From the NCBI GenBank assembly GCA_964520195.1, contig CAZFNX010000001.1, positions 34,421 through 98,420 on the forward strand: DNA of 64,000 nucleotides, in the 5' to 3' direction. Below, piece by piece: positions 1-10,281 of this stretch. Position 1 is the stretch's first letter; each line of letters opens with the position of its first letter. The position numbers and the translations under genes were made by a program. The notes under the pieces were generated by a model. It was not told the DNA's origin and searched no databases. It saw only the letters and a list, made by a program, of their open reading frames with translations. The DNA comes from an uncultured Candidatus Saccharibacteria bacterium. Lineage in GTDB: Bacteria; Patescibacteriota; Minisyncoccia; Phycocordibacterales; CAIZLB01.

Positions 1-5
1 AGTCA

Positions 6-770
6 ATGTTCCTCAAAAAAGATGAGAAAGATTTATATGTAGTTGAATCATACACTTCAAACATTTTATTAAATGGATATAAGGTACCTGCCATAGATAA
101 TCAGATTGCTGAAACTGTTGCATTTCAATATGTCCACGTATATGCGAAGACATCATTTATCACACCTTTGATTCATGTGTTAGAGAGTATATTTCATACA
201 CATAAGGTTTTTCTAACATCTATATATGGCTTAACAGAATTTGTCTCTCATATGAGAGTTAGTTCAGGTGTCTCAGAGATTCAGATTATTCTTGAAGAGG
301 AAAGTGTTGATGTGTCTTATATATATGACGGATTACATGTTGTAAATATGTTTGTTCCATATAGTTATGCAGAGGCCGAGCATGATATCGCTATGAATCT
401 ATCTGCTCATAATGATGTCGTTCAAGATATTCTTATATCAAGAGGTGAATCTATGCAACAACGTGCAACAACTCAAGTTGATAAGAATGCAAAAAAGTTG
501 TGGCCAGATTTAGATGCTCAAGTTAAAGAGATCGTCAATACATCTATTTCAAATAGTCTTGAAAAAATAGTCCAGCATGTTCGTGATTGTATCGACACTA
601 TAGATATAGAATATATTAAAAGTTCAACTCGTGTTCAGGTCTACTGTGTCAATAAAAATCTTGTTTTGTCATATGGTATTGAGCTTGCACACAAGATTGC
701 AACTGATCCATATATTACCATGAAAGTTCATTCTGTTATAGATGATGACTCTGTTATTTCTTTGTTTTAA
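6..770 (+). CDS. hypothetical protein (254 aa), no recognisable domain
   Basis: Complete ORF in the track. Codon usage is similar to neighbouring genes. No motif I recognise. Confidence 0.4.
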   Translation: MFLKKDEKDLYVVESYTSNILLNGYKVPAIDNQIAETVAFQYVHVYAKTSFITPLIHVLESIFHTHKVFLTSIYGLTEFVSHMRVSSGVSEIQIILEEESVDVSYIYDGLHVVNMFVPYSYAEAEHDIAMNLSAHNDVVQDILISRGESMQQRATTQVDKNAKKLWPDLDAQVKEIVNTSISNSLEKIVQHVRDCIDTIDIEYIKSSTRVQVYCVNKNLVLSYGIELAHKIATDPYITMKVHSVIDDDSVISLF

Positions 771-801
771 TGTATATAATATGTAGTGTAGAATACTCTA
801 T

Positions 802-1944
802 ATGTACGGAGACATTATTCCACCAAAAAGAAAAATTCATACAACACGAACTGAAGAATATAATTCAGTACGTTTTTCTGCTCCACATATTTCATACACA
901 GAGCAGAAAAGTAAAAAGGTACCAATAGTTCTCTTTATGGCAGCGTTGGTTGTTATTGGACTAGTTTTGTATCAAAACATATATCATAGTACTAAGATAA
1001 CACTAACTCCAAAAACCACTCACTTTGAAATAAAACAAAAGATACCTCTTATTTTACAAGGTAGAGAAAAGGATTCGCTTACATATAGTTTAGTATATGT
1101 TCCTGCAACTGATGCAAGTAGTACTCGTAATCCGTTTGTTGCAACATCGACAAATACCACAACTTCAAAACAGGCAGTGTTTAGCATAACTGCAACGTCA
1201 ACAGGTGCAACGAAGCATATTCGTATTATTAACAAAACAGCAGATACAGTGCCTCTTCGTAAAGATACTCGGTTTGATGTTGGAGGGGTTACATACACAC
1301 TTGATAGTGCAACACAAAATCCTCCTTCATCTAAAGATGATATTGCACAAGCATCGTCTTCTGTTGTGTATAAGGTGATTGGGTTTAAAGGGTATCCAAC
1401 ATATGAGACAGTGTATGCAGTACCTGAAGAATCGACTGCAACTTCACAAACAACCAGTCTCTCTGATTCTGTTTCAGCGATTCCTCCACAAGATTTGTTA
1501 TCGCTTATGCCTGCTGGTACATTAGCACTTCAAAAAAGTACCATATATGATAAGTTGTTGGAACAATCTGCGGTTGTTGTTTTTGATCAAGCTTCTTTTG
1601 AGGATTTTTTAAAAAATACTATTTCACAGACTGCTGCGTATTATAAAGCTCTTAAACCTTTTGGAGAGAGTGTAACATATGATGTTCGTATTTCTGATTA
1701 TACACTCGAGACATCTGAAGATACTGGTAAACCTGTAGCTTTTTCTTCACTTACATTGGATATTACTCCTCAAATAGACTCTGAACATGCGAAAATGCAG
1801 TTTGCAGGGTTTAGTAAAGACACAATGAATACTGTTGAGAAACAAGTACATGAGTATGTGGTACTACATACTGCATATAAACCATTTTGGTCTGATACTG
1901 TAGCTTCAGCGGATAAGATACAAGTGCAAGTATTAGAGCAATAA
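802..1944 (+). CDS. membrane-anchored Ser/Thr-rich hypothetical protein
   Basis: N-terminal hydrophobic helix (VPIVLFMAALVVIGLVLY) followed by long S/T-rich, low-complexity segments. Probably extracytoplasmic. Confidence 0.45.
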   Translation: MYGDIIPPKRKIHTTRTEEYNSVRFSAPHISYTEQKSKKVPIVLFMAALVVIGLVLYQNIYHSTKITLTPKTTHFEIKQKIPLILQGREKDSLTYSLVYVPATDASSTRNPFVATSTNTTTSKQAVFSITATSTGATKHIRIINKTADTVPLRKDTRFDVGGVTYTLDSATQNPPSSKDDIAQASSSVVYKVIGFKGYPTYETVYAVPEESTATSQTTSLSDSVSAIPPQDLLSLMPAGTLALQKSTIYDKLLEQSAVVVFDQASFEDFLKNTISQTAAYYKALKPFGESVTYDVRISDYTLETSEDTGKPVAFSSLTLDITPQIDSEHAKMQFAGFSKDTMNTVEKQVHEYVVLHTAYKPFWSDTVASADKIQVQVLEQ

Positions 1945-1999
1945 TGAGTAACTCCTAAAAGTGTCTATTTTATACAATACATGCTACACTGAGTAAACT

Positions 2000-3034
2000 A
2001 TGGCATTTATAGATGAAATGGAAGTACATATTAAGGCAGGTAAAGGTGGAAACGGTGTTGTTCGCTGGTTGCATGAGTATGCAAAAGAGTTTGGTGGTCC
2101 GTCAGGTGGAGATGGTGGACGAGGAGGGGATGTATATATTCGCGCAATTGCGGATACATTTTACTTACGTAAGTATATGCACCAAAAAGAGTTTTTTGCC
2201 GAGGAGGGTGATTATGGAAGTGGAAATAGTAGTAAAGGAAAACAAGGAGAAGATCTTATTATAGATATTCCTGTTGGATCTATCGTAACTCGTATTCAAG
2301 ATATTAATGTGCATGATAACTTTACTATTTCTAATCCTGTTATAGAACTTAATACTGTAGGGCAAACTGTAAGAATTCTTAAAGGAGGAACTGGTGGATA
2401 CGGTAATGAACATTTTAAAGGATCTTCAAATCAAAAACCTGAAGAGTGGACACCGGGTAAACCTGGAGAAGAGGGGGTATTTCATATTGAGGTACGTATG
2501 ATTGCGGATATTGGTTTGATTGGATTACCGAATGCGGGCAAGTCATCTCTTTTAAATGTATTAACAAAAGCTGATGTAAAAGTTGCTAACTATGAGTTTA
2601 CAACCCTTGAACCAAATCTTGGAAGTATGTATGGTGTCATTCTTGCTGACATCCCAGGTCTTATAGAAGGAGCTTCAGAAGGAAAAGGGTTAGGTCATAC
2701 ATTTTTGCGTCACATACAAAGAACAAAAATTCTTGCACACTGTGTTTCTTTGGAGCAATCGCTTGAACAAATGATGGAGTCGTATACTGTTATTCGTAAC
2801 GAACTCGAACAGTATTCTTTGGGTTTGTCTGAGAAAAAAGAAGTTGTTATTTTAACAAAAACTGATACGTGTATACCTGAGGAAGTCGCTGAAAAAACCG
2901 CTGCTTTTATTAAAAAAATGAAATTAGATGTGGACAGTGTAAAAACAATATCTGTGTATGACCTTGATGCTATAAAGGTTTTGCGGGAATGGTTGACAAT
3001 AATAGTAAAACAGGTGTTTTATTATTTACCATAA
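2000..3034 (+). CDS. obg: GTPase Obg/CgtA
   Basis: N-terminal glycine-rich Obg fold (AGKGGNGVV...GGPSGGDGGRGGDV). G1 motif GLIGLPNAGKSSLLN, plus DIPGLIEGA. Confidence 0.9.
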   Translation: MAFIDEMEVHIKAGKGGNGVVRWLHEYAKEFGGPSGGDGGRGGDVYIRAIADTFYLRKYMHQKEFFAEEGDYGSGNSSKGKQGEDLIIDIPVGSIVTRIQDINVHDNFTISNPVIELNTVGQTVRILKGGTGGYGNEHFKGSSNQKPEEWTPGKPGEEGVFHIEVRMIADIGLIGLPNAGKSSLLNVLTKADVKVANYEFTTLEPNLGSMYGVILADIPGLIEGASEGKGLGHTFLRHIQRTKILAHCVSLEQSLEQMMESYTVIRNELEQYSLGLSEKKEVVILTKTDTCIPEEVAEKTAAFIKKMKLDVDSVKTISVYDLDAIKVLREWLTIIVKQVFYYLP

Positions 3035-3053
3035 ATATGCTACATATATATGC

Positions 3054-4535
3054 ATGAGTAATTCTTCGTATATACCTGTTATAGGGCTTGAAATCCATGC
3101 TGAACTTAATACTAAAAGTAAGATGTTTTGTAGTTGTGCAAACGCTCCTCTTGAACGTAATCCAAACATTCACATCTGTCCTATTTGTATGGCTCATCCA
3201 GGAACACTGCCTACATTGAACAAGACAGCTATAGAGCATGTTCTTAAAGTAGGTGTTGCTCTTGGTGCAGAGATTGCTGATTTTACGGAATGGGATAGAA
3301 AGAACTATTTTTATCCAGATATTCCAAAAGGATATCAGATTAGTCAGTATGCGTATCCACTTGTACAAAAAGGATCTTTGACTGTGAAAAATGAAAAAGG
3401 TGAAGATGTACAAGTTGGTATTACACGTATTCATCTCGAGGAAGATACGGCCCGTTCAAGTCACGATAAAGGTGATTTTAGTTTGGTTGATTACAATCGT
3501 GCAGGTGTACCACTTATGGAGTTGGTAACCAATGCATTAGATTTTTCTATACGAGATGCAAAGACTGCAGGTAACTTTGGAAGAGAGTTGCAGTTGCTTC
3601 TACAGACACTTGGAGTATCTGAAGCAAACATGGAGTTAGGGCAGATGCGTGTTGAAGTAAATATTTCTATACATAAAGAAGGTGAACCGCTTGGAACAAA
3701 AGTTGAGATTAAAAACCTAAACTCATTTCGTGCAGCTGAACGATCTATTGCCTACGAGATAGAACGACAGGCGAAGCTTCTTGATGCAGGAGAAAAAGTT
3801 GTGCAGGAAACTCGGGGATTTGAAGATGCTACAGGAAAAACATTTTCACAAAGAAAAAAAGAAAATGCAAACGACTATAGATATTTCCCAGATCCTGATC
3901 TACCAAAGTTATATATCTCACAAGTTCCAGAATGGTCTATGGATGCACTACGAGGGAGTTTACCAAAGCTTCCTTGGGTTCGCCGAGCCGAGTACTTGGC
4001 TGATGGATTGAAGGCTGAAGATGCAGAAATGTTTATCTCTGATGCATTTTATGGTGATTTCTATGAGGCGGTTTTGAAAACTATTACAAAACCAGAAGTA
4101 AAGAAGTTGGCTGTAAACTATATTGCTACAGATATTGCAGGTCTTGTGAAAAAAGAAGCAGAGCGTGCGCAAACGCTTGATACGTATGTACATCTTGAAC
4201 ATTTTGTTGATATTATACACATGATTGAGGCAGATGAACTTTCATCTCGTGGAGCAAAAGATTTGATTGCATTGCTATGGAAAGCAGATGAGACAACTCG
4301 AGCAAAAACTGCTAAAAGTATTGCTGAAGAAAAGGGGATGATTCAGAAAAATGATCCAGAAGTCCTAAAGACTATGATTCAAGGCGTGATTGATGCTAAT
4401 CCAGAACAGGTAGCAGGATTTAAGTCTGGAAAAGAACCTCTTCTTATGTATCTTGTGGGACAAGTTATGAAGGTTGGAAAAGGAGCTGTAAATCCTGCAA
4501 AAGCACAAGAGATGCTTCGGGAAATGCTTCGATAG
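3054..4535 (+). CDS. gatB: Asp/Glu-tRNA(Asn/Gln) amidotransferase subunit B
   Basis: GatB signature N-terminus IGLEIHAELNTKSKMFCSC and a C-terminal GatB/YqeY domain. 493 aa. Confidence 0.9.
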   Translation: MSNSSYIPVIGLEIHAELNTKSKMFCSCANAPLERNPNIHICPICMAHPGTLPTLNKTAIEHVLKVGVALGAEIADFTEWDRKNYFYPDIPKGYQISQYAYPLVQKGSLTVKNEKGEDVQVGITRIHLEEDTARSSHDKGDFSLVDYNRAGVPLMELVTNALDFSIRDAKTAGNFGRELQLLLQTLGVSEANMELGQMRVEVNISIHKEGEPLGTKVEIKNLNSFRAAERSIAYEIERQAKLLDAGEKVVQETRGFEDATGKTFSQRKKENANDYRYFPDPDLPKLYISQVPEWSMDALRGSLPKLPWVRRAEYLADGLKAEDAEMFISDAFYGDFYEAVLKTITKPEVKKLAVNYIATDIAGLVKKEAERAQTLDTYVHLEHFVDIIHMIEADELSSRGAKDLIALLWKADETTRAKTAKSIAEEKGMIQKNDPEVLKTMIQGVIDANPEQVAGFKSGKEPLLMYLVGQVMKVGKGAVNPAKAQEMLREMLR

Positions 4536-4589
4536 ATTTGTACACATAAGTGTCGCTCTTGTGTGTGATAGCGTGCTATAATCCTTCCT

Positions 4590-5495
4590 ATGGAATCTAG
4601 TTCTACATCACCTGCTTCGCAATCTAAAAAAATTACATCCTTTGGCGTGTTATTGATTGTCTTGCTTATGGTAGCCGATATAGCTTGGAATCAGTATCAA
4701 TCATTTACGTATAGAAAAACTATTGAGACATTACAGTCCGATCATGATGCAAATGTTCGTGAGTTGGCAGAGTTGAAGGCGAGTACAACACAATCAAGTG
4801 CACTTTTGAGTGATTTGTATACTACATTGTCTAGAGTTATTGATGAAGAAAAGGCTAAAAATAAAACACTAGAAGAAAAACTTGGTTCACTTGATAAGTT
4901 AGCTAAAGCAGATCCACAACTGCTAAAAAAATACTCCAAGATCTATTTTCTTAATGAAAATTATGCACCACTGCGACTTGTAACTATTCCTACTGAATAT
5001 ACATACAATCAAAAGACAACATATGAAATACATGCTGATGTACTGTATTACTTACAATCGTTACTTACTGATGCGCGAAATGATGGTATGAATTTGCTTA
5101 TTATCTCTGCGTTTCGGTCATTTGCAACACAAGCAACAGTTAAGAATATAAATGTTGTAAAGTTTGGTACAAAAACTGCAAATCAATTTTCTGCCGAACA
5201 AGGTTTTTCTGAACATCAACTCGGAACAACTGTTGATTTCACAACATCTGCAACTAAGGACAATTTTTCAAAATTTGATGGAACACAAGAATATCAATGG
5301 CTAAAAAATAATGCATACTTATACGGTTTCGTATTATCCTATCCAAAAGGTAACAGTTATTATGCATACGAACCATGGCACTGGCGTTTTGTAGGTGTGG
5401 AGTTGGCGAAACGTATTCATGATGAAGGAAAATATTTTTATGATTATGATCAGCGAGTGTTAGATGAGTATGTGACTAAGATTTTTGATAGATAA
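4590..5495 (+). CDS. D-alanyl-D-alanine carboxypeptidase-like peptidase (M15/VanY family), membrane anchored
   Basis: N-terminal transmembrane helix and a coiled-coil linker. The C-terminal region carries VanY-like motifs (SAFRSFATQ...EHQLGTTVDF...EPWHWRF). Confidence 0.7.
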   Translation: MESSSTSPASQSKKITSFGVLLIVLLMVADIAWNQYQSFTYRKTIETLQSDHDANVRELAELKASTTQSSALLSDLYTTLSRVIDEEKAKNKTLEEKLGSLDKLAKADPQLLKKYSKIYFLNENYAPLRLVTIPTEYTYNQKTTYEIHADVLYYLQSLLTDARNDGMNLLIISAFRSFATQATVKNINVVKFGTKTANQFSAEQGFSEHQLGTTVDFTTSATKDNFSKFDGTQEYQWLKNNAYLYGFVLSYPKGNSYYAYEPWHWRFVGVELAKRIHDEGKYFYDYDQRVLDEYVTKIFDR

Positions 5496-5584
5496 GTGGT
5501 GGTGTTATGAAGGTTTGATTGCCTTAGATGTACATTAGGTATGCTTGCATAGGAGTCTATAAAATCCTTAGAAATCATGTTACA

Positions 5585-7066
5585 ATGGGCTTTATGGAAT
5601 CTACACATGATGAACGTCTGGACAGACTTAAAAAGTTACAATCTATACAAGACGCTGGGGTCACTCCATATGCCGATAAATTTGAAAGAAGTGATGTATT
5701 GGCTGATGCGAAACAAAAACCTGAAAACACTACTGTAAAAGTGTGTGGTCGTATTGTGTTTTTACGTAATATGGGAAAACTTGCATTTATTAAACTGCAA
5801 GATTTTTCAGGGCAATTGCAGGCCGTGTTAAAAGTTGATGTATTAGGTGAAAAATTTGACAGACTTATTGACATGATTCACGTTGGAGACTTTATTGGTG
5901 TAGAAGGAACTATTTTTACTACTCAAAAAGGGGAGATATCTGTCATGGTCCAAGATTATGTATTTCTATCAAAATCATTGCGACCACTTCCAGAAAAATG
6001 GCATGGATTGCAAGATACAGAAACTGTGTACAGAAAAAGATATTTGGATTTGATTAGTAATAAAGAGACTATGGATCGATTTAAATTCAGATCTGATTTT
6101 CTTAGAGAGCTTCGAAACTTTTATGCTAAGCATAATTTTGTCGAGATAGATACTCCAGTGCTACAGACATCTCCATCAGGGGCATTGGCTAAGCCATTTA
6201 AAACACATTACAACGCGCTTGATATGGATGTGTATCTTCGTATTGCTCCCGAGATATTTCTAAAGGAAGCAGTTGTTGGAGGATTTGATCGAGTATTTGA
6301 AGTGGCTCGTGTTTTTCGTAATGAAGGTATGGATGCGTCACATCTACAAGAGTTTACTATGATAGAGCACTATGCATCGTATTGGGACTATGCGGATAAT
6401 ATGAAGTTCACTGAAGAAATGTTTGTTGAAATCATAGGAAAACTCAAAGGAACTATGGAGATTCAATGTATAAATCGCGATGGAGAAATGGTAACGGTTG
6501 ATCTTACTCCACCATGGGACAGAAAAACATTCCGTGAGTTGTTGATTGAAGATTGTGGTATTGATATTGATTTGTATCCAGATACAGAAACATTGAAAGC
6601 TGCTATACAAAAACTCGGTATTCAACTTAAGGATATTGATACATTGGGTCGTGGAAATATGATTGATTCATTGTACAAAAAAGTATCTAGACCAAAACTA
6701 GTAAAGCCAACTTTCTTGACTCATCATCCTATAGACATATCTCCACTTGCTCGAAAAAACGATGACAATCCTATGGTCACAGATCGTTTTCAACTCGTAT
6801 TAAATGGATGGGAGATTGTGAATGCATACAGTGAACTTGTTGATCCTATAGATCAAGCAGAGCGGTTTGCAAAACAAGCCGAGTATCGTGAGGGTGGTGA
6901 TGAAGAGGCTATGGAAAAAGATGATGAATATGTAGAGGCTATGGAGCACGGTATGCCTCCAATGTCAGGTTGGGGAATGGGAGTAGAGCGTGTGATCGCG
7001 CTCCTCACACATCAGCCGAATTTACGTGATGTTATCTTGTTTCCATTGTTGAAGCCAAAGGTGTAG
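5585..7066 (+). CDS. lysS: lysyl-tRNA synthetase (class II)
   Basis: OB-fold anticodon-binding N-terminus (VCGRIVFLRNMGKLAFIKLQD) and class II motifs FRNEG...GGWGMGVERV. The track ORF begins at 5528, but the LysS-like N-terminus begins at the ATG at 5585. Confidence 0.9.
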   Translation: MGFMESTHDERLDRLKKLQSIQDAGVTPYADKFERSDVLADAKQKPENTTVKVCGRIVFLRNMGKLAFIKLQDFSGQLQAVLKVDVLGEKFDRLIDMIHVGDFIGVEGTIFTTQKGEISVMVQDYVFLSKSLRPLPEKWHGLQDTETVYRKRYLDLISNKETMDRFKFRSDFLRELRNFYAKHNFVEIDTPVLQTSPSGALAKPFKTHYNALDMDVYLRIAPEIFLKEAVVGGFDRVFEVARVFRNEGMDASHLQEFTMIEHYASYWDYADNMKFTEEMFVEIIGKLKGTMEIQCINRDGEMVTVDLTPPWDRKTFRELLIEDCGIDIDLYPDTETLKAAIQKLGIQLKDIDTLGRGNMIDSLYKKVSRPKLVKPTFLTHHPIDISPLARKNDDNPMVTDRFQLVLNGWEIVNAYSELVDPIDQAERFAKQAEYREGGDEEAMEKDDEYVEAMEHGMPPMSGWGMGVERVIALLTHQPNLRDVILFPLLKPKV

Positions 7067-7152
7067 TCTTTGTTTAAGAATCATTTTAAGAAAAATTTAT
7101 AAGACTTCATCTTTTCTTGTAAAAAACTTTACCATTCATCAGGTAAAGTTTT

Positions 7153-7551
7153 TTGATGATTAAAAAATTTTTAGAGTGGGTACATAGTAAAATATATATT
7201 GATGAAAAACCAAGAGGTAAAATCATTCATATGTGTGAGGTGTATTGGTGTGCATTAGGTGAAAATATAGGAGATGAAGAAAATGGAAAAGGAGATGCAT
7301 TTACAAGACCTGTTTTGATTATTAAAAAATTTAATAACAATATATTTTGGGGTATACCCATGAGTACAAAACTTAAAGATAATAAATATTACATTAGAGT
7401 CATATTGAAAAATACCCCTCAATCTGTGATGATATCTCAACTGAGGGTTTTGGATGTAAAAAGGTTAGAACAATATATTGGCTATATATCAAGAAATGAT
7501 TTCCATAAAGTAAGATCTAGTTTGATTGATGTGTTATCGGACAATATTTAA
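7153..7551 (+). CDS. MazF/PemK (EndoA)-family endoribonuclease toxin-like protein, solitary
   Basis: GENIGDEENGK...RPVLIIKKFNNN...GIPMSTK and a C-terminal SVMISQLRVLDVKRLEQYIG align with EndoA/MazF (GSEQGGVRPVLVIQND...SVILLEQIRTIDKQRL). An 18-aa N-terminal extension is present. No antitoxin ORF is adjacent. Confidence 0.6.
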   Translation: MMIKKFLEWVHSKIYIDEKPRGKIIHMCEVYWCALGENIGDEENGKGDAFTRPVLIIKKFNNNIFWGIPMSTKLKDNKYYIRVILKNTPQSVMISQLRVLDVKRLEQYIGYISRNDFHKVRSSLIDVLSDNI

Positions 7552-7600
7552 ACCCCTGCTTTGTAAGGCAGGGGCAGGTGGGATAACCCATTTGTGATTA
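7552..7600 (+). terminator. Rho-independent terminator hairpin (CCCCTGC-TTTGTAA-GGCAGGGG)
   Basis: GC-rich inverted repeat immediately after the stop codon of the MazF-like gene. Confidence 0.5.
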
Positions 7601-7646
7601 AAGTATATCAAATGAAAAAGCTGTGTCAATATGCTATACTCACATC

Positions 7647-8666
7647 ATGAAAACAACTCCTACAACTCCAAATATAGCTCTCACAGGCGATCGTCCAACA
7701 GGCAGACTTCATCTTGGTCATTATGTCGGATCTATACAAAACCGTATTGCATTACAAAAGTCTGTTGATAAGGCGTATTACATGATTGCAGATATTCAGG
7801 CCTTAACAGATAATGCAAGTAATCCCTCAAAGGTAAGTGAACATGTGATAGAGGTTATTCTCGATAATATGGCGTGCGGAGTCGATCCTAAAAAAACAAC
7901 ATACTTTATACAATCACAGATTCCTGAGATTGCTGAGATGACAGTATTGTTTTTAAATATGGTAACGCTCGCACGATTGAAACGAAATCCGACTGTAAAA
8001 TCAGAAATGAAGCAAAAAGGTTTTGGAGAAGATGTGCCTGCTGGATTTTTATCATATCCAGTAAGTCAGGCTGCTGATATACTTTTTGCTCGAGCAACAA
8101 CTGTACCTGTTGGAGAAGATCAGCTTCCAGTGATAGAGCAAACAAATGAGCTTGTGAGAAAATTTAACAGTATTTACGGTCAATTCTTCAATGAAGTAAA
8201 ACCTCTACTTTCAGATGCTCCACGGCTTATAGGTACTGATGGACAAGCAAAAGCAAGTAAGTCTTTAGGTAATGCAATATATCTTTCTGATTCGGATGAG
8301 ATGATTGCAAAAAAAGTTATGGGTATGTACACAGATCCAAAACATATTCGAGTGGAAGATCCAGGAGAGGTGAAAGGAAATGTTGTGTTTACGTATCTTG
8401 ATATTTTTGATGAAAATAAAACAGAAGTTGCTGAGCTTAAAAAACAATATAAAAAAGGGGGACTTGGTGATGTTGTTGTAAAAAAGAGACTCATTAAAGT
8501 TTTACAAGACCTTATAGGTCCTATTCGAACACGTCGAGCTGAGCTCGCAAAAGATACAGATGCAGTTATGAAGATTGTTGAAGCAGGAACAAAGAAAGTT
8601 CAAGCAGAAGCCAAAGCGTACATGAAAGAAATGAAAAAGCATATGGGTATAGGGTATTTTGGGTAG
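7647..8666 (+). CDS. trpS: tryptophanyl-tRNA synthetase (class I)
   Basis: TGDRPTGRLHLGHYVGS is the HIGH-type motif and KASKSLGN is the KMSKS motif. The track ORF opens with GTG at 7623; the first ATG is at 7647. Confidence 0.9.
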   Translation: MKTTPTTPNIALTGDRPTGRLHLGHYVGSIQNRIALQKSVDKAYYMIADIQALTDNASNPSKVSEHVIEVILDNMACGVDPKKTTYFIQSQIPEIAEMTVLFLNMVTLARLKRNPTVKSEMKQKGFGEDVPAGFLSYPVSQAADILFARATTVPVGEDQLPVIEQTNELVRKFNSIYGQFFNEVKPLLSDAPRLIGTDGQAKASKSLGNAIYLSDSDEMIAKKVMGMYTDPKHIRVEDPGEVKGNVVFTYLDIFDENKTEVAELKKQYKKGGLGDVVVKKRLIKVLQDLIGPIRTRRAELAKDTDAVMKIVEAGTKKVQAEAKAYMKEMKKHMGIGYFG

Positions 8667-8724
8667 TATGTACTAAAACTCTTATCACCTTGTTTGATTG
8701 ACTGATGTGCTATAATACACCCAT

Positions 8725-9294
8725 ATGAATACAATCAAAAAAACTCCAATCATTATAGGTATTATTATACTTATCGGTATATATCTTTTTAGTTCGTATA
8801 ACAGTCTTGTAAACACTCAAGAAGCCTATACATCACAATGGTCTCAAGTGGAAAACCAATATCAACGACGCTTTGACCTTATACCTAACCTGGTCGGTGC
8901 AGTTCAAGGTGCTATGAAGCAAGAAACAGCTGTTTTTGGAGCTCTTGCTGAGGCTCGTACTCGATATAGTGGTGCAGCTCAGTCTGGATATCAAGCAGAT
9001 AAGGTGGCTGCGACAGCACAAGTTGAATCAGCTCTTTCTCGACTTCTCGTTGTTATGGAAAATTATCCAACACTTAAATCTATTGATACTGTTCAAAATC
9101 TACAAGTACAACTTGAGGGTACAGAAAATCGTGTAGCTATTGAAAGACAGAAGTATAATGATGCTGTTATGACATATAACTTAAAAGTAAAACGATTCCC
9201 TGGATTTATCTTTGCTAAGATGTTTGGTTTTTCTCAACAACCTTATTTTGAAGCAACAACAGGTTCAGAAGTTGCTCCAAAGGTTAATATATAA
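8725..9294 (+). CDS. lemA: LemA family protein
   Basis: N-terminal TM helix and the LemA core (NSLVNTQEAYTSQWSQVENQYQRRFDLIPNLV). Confidence 0.8.
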   Translation: MNTIKKTPIIIGIIILIGIYLFSSYNSLVNTQEAYTSQWSQVENQYQRRFDLIPNLVGAVQGAMKQETAVFGALAEARTRYSGAAQSGYQADKVAATAQVESALSRLLVVMENYPTLKSIDTVQNLQVQLEGTENRVAIERQKYNDAVMTYNLKVKRFPGFIFAKMFGFSQQPYFEATTGSEVAPKVNI

Positions 9295-9312
9295 ATAATT
9301 TTTTAAAAATAT

Positions 9313-10236
9313 ATGAAAAAACTGTATTACATTGTTGTGTTAAGTGTATGCAGTTTTTTTGTTATAATACACCCTGCATATGCTCAATCTGTTGTTGACA
9401 TGCGTCTTGACAGATATGTGACAGATACAGCAAACATGATTCCAGATGATGTACAGGCTCATATTGAAGATATATTACATGGATATGATGCCTCGACCAC
9501 AAATCAGATTGTGGTTGTAACAATTCCAGTATTACCAAGTGATGAGACTATAGAAACTGCAGCGTACAAAATATTTCAAGCAAATCATATCGGCCAAAAA
9601 TATAAAAATAATGGAATCCTTTTTCTTATCTCTTTACATGATAGAAAAAATCGTATTGAAGTAGGATATGGACTTGAGCCTGTATTGCCTGATGTATTAG
9701 CAAATATTATTTTACGCGATACAGTAAAACCTGCGTTTCAAGCCGGTGACTATGGGCGAGGAGTTTCAGATGCGGTGACTCGCATGATAGATATTATTGA
9801 TAAAAATGAAATATATACTCCAAGTGTAACAGATGAGCTTGCTTCAAAGTTGGGTGCTGAAAGTATTCCACAACTTTTCGGATTTATTCTATTTTTAGGA
9901 TTTATCCTTCTTTCATTCGTTGTTGGTATATTAAAAGCAATGTCACGAAGTAAGTCTGTGATACTTGGTTTGGTATTAGGTACAATACTCTCACTCATAT
10001 TGTTTTTTGTAACAGGGGTTGTGTATGTATTTATTTTTGTACTACTAGGTGTATTAGTTGATATATTTTTTTCAAGTAAATCTCCCGTGTCAGTAAAAAT
10101 ATTACAAATTCTTGAATTATTATCGAGATCAAGAGGGCGGGGAGGGTTTGGCGGTGGAGGATGGTCATCTGGCGGTGGAGGTTTTTCAGGTGGCGGAGGA
10201 TCGAGTGGTGGTGGAGGAAGTAGTGGAGGGTGGTAG
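9313..10236 (+). CDS. TPM-domain (YgcG-like) membrane protein with Gly/Ser-rich C-terminal tail
   Basis: Signal peptide, a TPM domain (GILFLISLHDRKNRIEVGYGLE), TM segments and a GGGxSGGGG repeat tail. It forms the classic LemA-TPM gene pair. Confidence 0.75.
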   Translation: MKKLYYIVVLSVCSFFVIIHPAYAQSVVDMRLDRYVTDTANMIPDDVQAHIEDILHGYDASTTNQIVVVTIPVLPSDETIETAAYKIFQANHIGQKYKNNGILFLISLHDRKNRIEVGYGLEPVLPDVLANIILRDTVKPAFQAGDYGRGVSDAVTRMIDIIDKNEIYTPSVTDELASKLGAESIPQLFGFILFLGFILLSFVVGILKAMSRSKSVILGLVLGTILSLILFFVTGVVYVFIFVLLGVLVDIFFSSKSPVSVKILQILELLSRSRGRGGFGGGGWSSGGGGFSGGGGSSGGGGSSGGW

Positions 10237-10281
10237 GAAAAAATATTTATCTAATATTTTGTTTTTCTTGAGGTAATAGTA

